NCBI RefSeq assembly: GCF_006345805.1
Contig: NW_021834457.1
Location: forward strand, 1-48,503
Direction: 5' to 3'
Length of the DNA stretch: 48,503 nucleotides
From: Octopus sinensis
Lineage: Eukaryota
The translations under genes were made by a program, and so were the position numbers. Positions 47,357-48,503 of the stretch are shown piece after piece. Under the pieces are notes generated by a model, which made no database searches, had not been told where the DNA came from, and worked only from the letters and a program-made list of their open reading frames with translations. Each line of letters starts with the position of its first letter. The stretch's first letter is position 1.

Positions 47357-47593
47357 TTGGTTGACAGAAACTGAAAGAAGCCCGTCGTGTGTGTGTGTCT
47401 CCCTACCACTATTGCTTGACAACCGATGTTGGTGCATTTACGTCCCCATATCTTAGCAGTTTGGCAAAATAGACCAATAGAATAAGTACTAGGCTTACAA
47501 AGAATAAGTCCTGGGTCGATTTGCTCGGCTAAAAGGCGGTGCTCCAGCATGGCCACAGTCACATGACTGAAACAACTAAAAGAGTAAAAGAGC
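47357..47593 (+). mobile_element. SINE family A, headless, abutting a (TATG)n expansion
   Basis: Starts at ttggttgacagaaactgaaag and continues through the 3' half. Confidence 0.8.
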
Positions 47594-47594
47594 A

Positions 47595-47647
<53 letters not shown>

Positions 47648-48005
47648 GTACAGGACGTCACCAACTGTAAACAACATGAATTACGAAAACTTGCGAGTTA
47701 CATACACAAACAACGAGAGAAAAAAATTGAAAACAGGACAAGTAACACAAAGAACGACCCTTCATCAGTTGTTGGTCTGTCTATCTACTCCTCATTTCGA
47801 GCATTCAACGATAATATGAGTCTTCGAAGACAGCTTAGAGCAACACGAAAAAATGAACCCATCAACGGAACACAATACCATTTCTAGTAACATACAATCC
47901 GCACCACCAAAACGTTTTTAACATCAACAAAACAAATTTGCCAATCATAAAACAAAGTGAAATATCAAAAAAAAAAAGAAAACATAATAACTAATCAAAC
48001 GCTTA

Positions 48006-48380
48006 TCTCTCTATATATAAACGGCAGTTTGTCTGTGTGTGTTTCTGTGTGTCTGTCAGGTTGTACCCTCACCCTGACCACGGCTTTCAACCGATTCTGA
48101 TGAAACTTGACACACACATAGCCCAATGTCATAATTCAAAACTAACGCAGCGAAAATTTTGAAAAGTTCCCCCAGTTCTGAAAGAAATCGATAAATTCGA
48201 CATGGGGTCGAGAATCAGAAACACAAACCACAGACTGTCTAGGGGACGCAACTCGACCTTTTTAACTCTCAAAAAGAAATTTACCATCATTTTTTTTTCC
48301 ATTTTTTGGCTATAACTCTCTAAAAATGCTTTATAGTTATTTCCCTTACAAACCCGAGCAACGCCGGGCGATACTGCTAG
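48006..48380 (+). mobile_element. Non-autonomous Helitron-like element with a different 5' and internal part but the same 3' end
   Basis: A|TCTCTCTATATATAAA start. The last ~75 bp are identical to 31705-31780 including the hairpin and CTAG|T. Confidence 0.82.
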
Positions 48381-48503
48381 TCTTAAGCAAAAGGCAACCA
48401 CATAACCCGAAGAAACTATTAACAAAGGCAAAATTCAACATGAACAAACGGGATACCAGGTACTTTGTTGCAATCTCCTGTTCCTGGATGCGAACGCATA
48501 ACC

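Noticed and set aside
46559-47664. 353-aa, 292-aa and 196-aa HTYI/CMYV ORFs
   Set aside because: Translations of (TATG)n, which lacks stops in several frames.

Overview
Animal genomic DNA, most likely Octopus or another coleoid cephalopod. That assignment is recalled from the SINE and repeat landscape and was not searched. The window holds two complete, divergently transcribed housekeeping genes that I assembled exon by exon from the sequence. RWDD1 is on the minus strand with 6 coding exons (23595 to 4270, 231 aa). TRAPPC3/BET3 is on the plus strand with 5 coding exons (24572 to 39261, 180 aa). Their ATGs are 977 bp apart across a promoter region with no recognisable transposon. Almost everything else is mobile or repetitive DNA: four interspersed SINE-like families (labelled A-D here), RTE LINE 3' fragments, piggyBac-, hAT- and other TIR MITEs, three non-autonomous Helitron-like elements and microsatellites. 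Most long ORFs in the supplied track are repeat artefacts. The main leads are: (1) the RWDD1/TRAPPC3 head-to-head pair, which appears to mirror human TRAPPC3L/RWDD1 at 6q22; (2) three independent repeat-to-satellite conversions, including a 13-unit array of tRNA-like Pol III SINE heads with a 4-mer higher-order repeat; (3) two transposon-derived fold-back hairpins of roughly pri-miRNA size in RWDD1 intron 1 that pair best on the transcribed strand; (4) dimeric and tail-swapped SINEs, and Helitron-like elements with shared ends but different cargo. Repeat boundaries are approximate to a few bases. Exon boundaries were checked codon by codon.
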